A stretch of DNA of 63,900 nucleotides, counting the filler, from Chiloscyllium plagiosum (Eukaryota), in assembly GCF_004010195.1 (NCBI RefSeq). It is 6 parts of one record of this genome, joined end to end, with 100 filler letters (N's around TTAATTAATTAA, not from the genome) between each part and the next. Parts side by side here need not be neighbours in the genome. Positions count along the whole stretch, not along the records: positions 61,148 to 63,900 come from NC_057710.1; 5 more parts are not named here. One strand, 5' to 3'. Numbering within the stretch: the first letter of the stretch is position 1; every line of letters starts with the position of its first letter. The notes beneath the pieces are model-generated. The model had not been told where the DNA came from. It searched no databases and was given only the letters and a program-made list of their open reading frames with translations. The translations under genes were made by a program, and so were the position numbers. Shown in pieces: positions 61,148 through 63,900 of the stretch.

Positions 61148-63900
61148 ACAGAGGATAGAATGGATAGAGCTGAGGTACAGGAGATGGAGTGGATAGGGCT
61201 GAGGTACAGGAGATGGATTGGATAGAGCTGAGGTACAGTTGATGGATTGGATAGGGCTGAGGTACAGGAGACGGATTGGATAGTGTTGACATAGAGGAGA
61301 TGGATAGAATAGAGCTGAGGTACAGGAGATGGATTGGATATAGCAGAGGTACAGGAGATTGATTGGATAAGGCTGAGGTACAGGAGTTGGATTGGATAGG
61401 GCTGAGGTACAGGAGATGAAGTGGATACGGCTGAGGTACAGGAGATGGATTGAATAGGGCAGACGTACAGGTGATGGATTGGCTTGAGCTGCGGCACAGG
61501 AGATGGAATGGATAGGGCTGAGGTGTAGGGAATGCATTGGATAGAGCTCAGGTATAGGATATGGATTGGATAGATCTGAGGTACCGGTGATGGATTGGAT
61601 AGGGCTGAGGTTCAGGAGATGGATTGGAAAAAACTGAGGTACAGGAGATGGATTAGATAGGGCTGAGGAAGATGTGATTGATTGGATAGGGCTGAGGTAC
61701 AGGAGATGGGTTGGATAGGGCTGAGGTGTAGGAAATGGATTGGATAGGGCTGACGTTCAGGTGATGGATTGGCTAGAGCTGGGGCACAGGACATGGAATG
61801 GATAGGGCTGAGGTACAAGAGATGGAGTGGATAGGGCTGAGGTACAGGAGATGGATTGGATAGAGCTCAGGTACAGGATATGGATTGGATAGAGCTGAGG
61901 TACAGGATATGGATTGGATAGGGCTGAGGTCCAGGAGGTGGATTTGATAGATCGGAGGTACAGAGGATGGATTCGATAGGGCTGAGGTAGAAGTGATGGA
62001 TTGGATTGAGCTGAGGTACAGGATATGGATTGGATAGGGCTGAGGTAGAGGTGATGGTTTGGATAGAGCTGAGGTATGGGAGATGGATTGGATAGAGCTG
62101 AGGTACAGAGGATGGATTGGATAGGGCTGAGGTACAGGTGATGGATTGGATAGAGCTGAGGTACAGGAGATGGACTGGATAGGGCTGAGGTCGAGGTGAT
62201 GGATTGGATAGAGCTGAGGTATGGGAGATGGATTGGATAGAGCTGAGGTACAGAGGATGGATTATATAGGGATGAGGTACAGGAGATGGATTGGATAGAG
62301 CTGAGGTATGGGAGATGGATTGGATATGGCTGAGGTACAGGCGACGGATTGGATAGAGCTGAGGTATGGGAGATGGATTGGATAGGGCTGAGGTACAGAG
62401 GATGGATTGGATAGAGCTGAGGTAGAGGAGATGGATTGGATAGGACAAAGGTACAGGAGATGGATTGGATAGGGCTGAGGTACAGGAGATGGATTGGATA
62501 GAGCTGAGGTATGGGAGATGGATTGGATAGAACTGAGGTACAGGGGATGGAGTGGATAGATCTGAGGTACAGGTGATTGGGTGGATAGGGCTGAGGTACA
62601 GGAGATGGATTGGATAGAGCTGAGGTACAGGAGATGGATTGGACAGGGCTGAGGTACAGGAGATGGATTGGATAGGGCTGAGGTACAGGAGATGGAGTGG
62701 ATAGGGCTGAGGTACACGAGATGGATTGAATAGGGCAGACGTACAGGTGATGGATTGGCTTGAGCTGCGGCACAGGAGATGGAATGGATAGGGCTGAGGT
62801 GTAGGGAATGCATTGGATAGAGCTCAGGTATAGGATATGGATTGGATAGATCTGAGGTACCGGTGATGGATTGGATAGGGCTGAGGTTCAGGAGATGGAT
62901 TGGATAGAACTGAGGTACAGGAGATGGATTAGATAGGGCTGAGGTAGAGGTGATTGATTGGATAGGGCTGAGGTACAGGAGATGGGTTGGATAGGGCTGA
63001 GGTGTTGGAAATGGATTGGATAGGGCTGACGTACAGGTGATGGATTGGATAGAGCTGAGGTATGGGAGATGGATTGGATACAACTGAGGTACAGGGGATG
63101 GAGTGGATAGATCTGAGGTACAGGTGATGGGGTGGATAAGGCTGAGGTACAGGAGATGGATTGGACAGGGCTGAGGTACAGGGGTTGGAGTGGATAGATC
63201 TGAGGTACAGGTGATGGGGTGGATAGGGCTGAGGTACAGGAGATGGTTTGGATAGGGCTGAGGTACATGAGATGGATTGGATAGAGCTGAGGTACAGGAG
63301 ATGGAGAGGATAGAGCTGAGGTACAGGTGATGGATTGGATAGAGCTGAGGTACAGGAGATGGACTGGATAGGGCTGAGGTACATGAGATGCAGTGGATAG
63401 AGCTGAGGGACAGGAGGAGCTGAGGTACAGGATATCGATTGAATAGTGTTCACATACAGGAGATGGATAGAATAGAGCTGAGGTACAGGAGATGGATTGG
63501 ATAGAGCTGAGGGACAGGAGATGGATTGGATAGGGCTGAGGTGTAGGCGATGGATTGGATAGAGCTGACGTTTGGCAGACGGATTGGATAGGGCTGAGGT
63601 ACAGGAGATAGTTTGGATAGCGCTGAGGTACAGGACATGGATTGGATAGGGCTGAGGTACAGGAGATGGATTGGACAGCGCTGAGGCACAGGAGATGGAT
63701 TGGATCGGGCTGAGGTACAGGAGATGGATTTGATAGGGCTGAGGTACACAAGATGGAATGAATAGGGCTGAGGTACAGGAGATGGATTGGATAGAGCTGA
63801 GGTACAGGATATCGATTGAATAGTGTTCACATACAGGAGATGGATAGAATAGAGCTGAGGTACAGGAGATGGATTGGATAGAGCTGAGGTACAGGATATC
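61148..63900. repeat. 29-bp satellite GGAGATGGATTGGATAGGGCTGAGGTACA, running off the window end
   Basis: Direct periodicity; purine-rich + strand; a block of variant units recurs at 1276-bp offset (44 x 29). Confidence 0.95.

Noticed and set aside
61096..63830. Pro/Ser-rich ORFs up to 338 aa
   Set aside because: They are frame-cycling translations of the 29-bp satellite.

Overview
Eukaryotic genomic DNA from a cartilaginous fish (shark-like; inferred from HE1-type V-SINEs, CR1 LINE tails and Penelope-like elements). Genes: (1) the last six coding exons and 3' UTR of FGFR3 on + (15926-~30940); (2) the first coding exon of NELFA on - (45450-45659); (3) head-to-head with it across a CpG-island bidirectional promoter, the first coding exon of the secreted peptide gene NICOL1/C4orf48 on + (46218-46311, absent from the ORF track). 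The rest is repeats: CR1-group LINEs, HE1 SINEs, a pogo/Tigger-like non-autonomous transposon, at least three families of Penelope-like element ends carrying minimal hammerhead ribozyme motifs (often fold-back inserts with target-site duplications), a 21-bp minisatellite and two 29-bp satellites. There are five artificial 100-bp N44-TTAATTAATTAA-N44 linkers and two sized N gaps. I see no clearly new protein-coding system. The best leads are: a ~7 kb satellite built from the 3'-terminal 29 nt of a CR1 LINE with two fold-back junctions; the hammerhead-bearing fold-back mini-elements; a duplicated hairpin with a compensatory change in the NICOL1 intron; a periodic B-box-like array; and FGFR3 lying next to NELFA exon 1 without LETM1/NSD2 (probably an assembly gap). 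All calls were made by eye; repeat boundaries are approximate.
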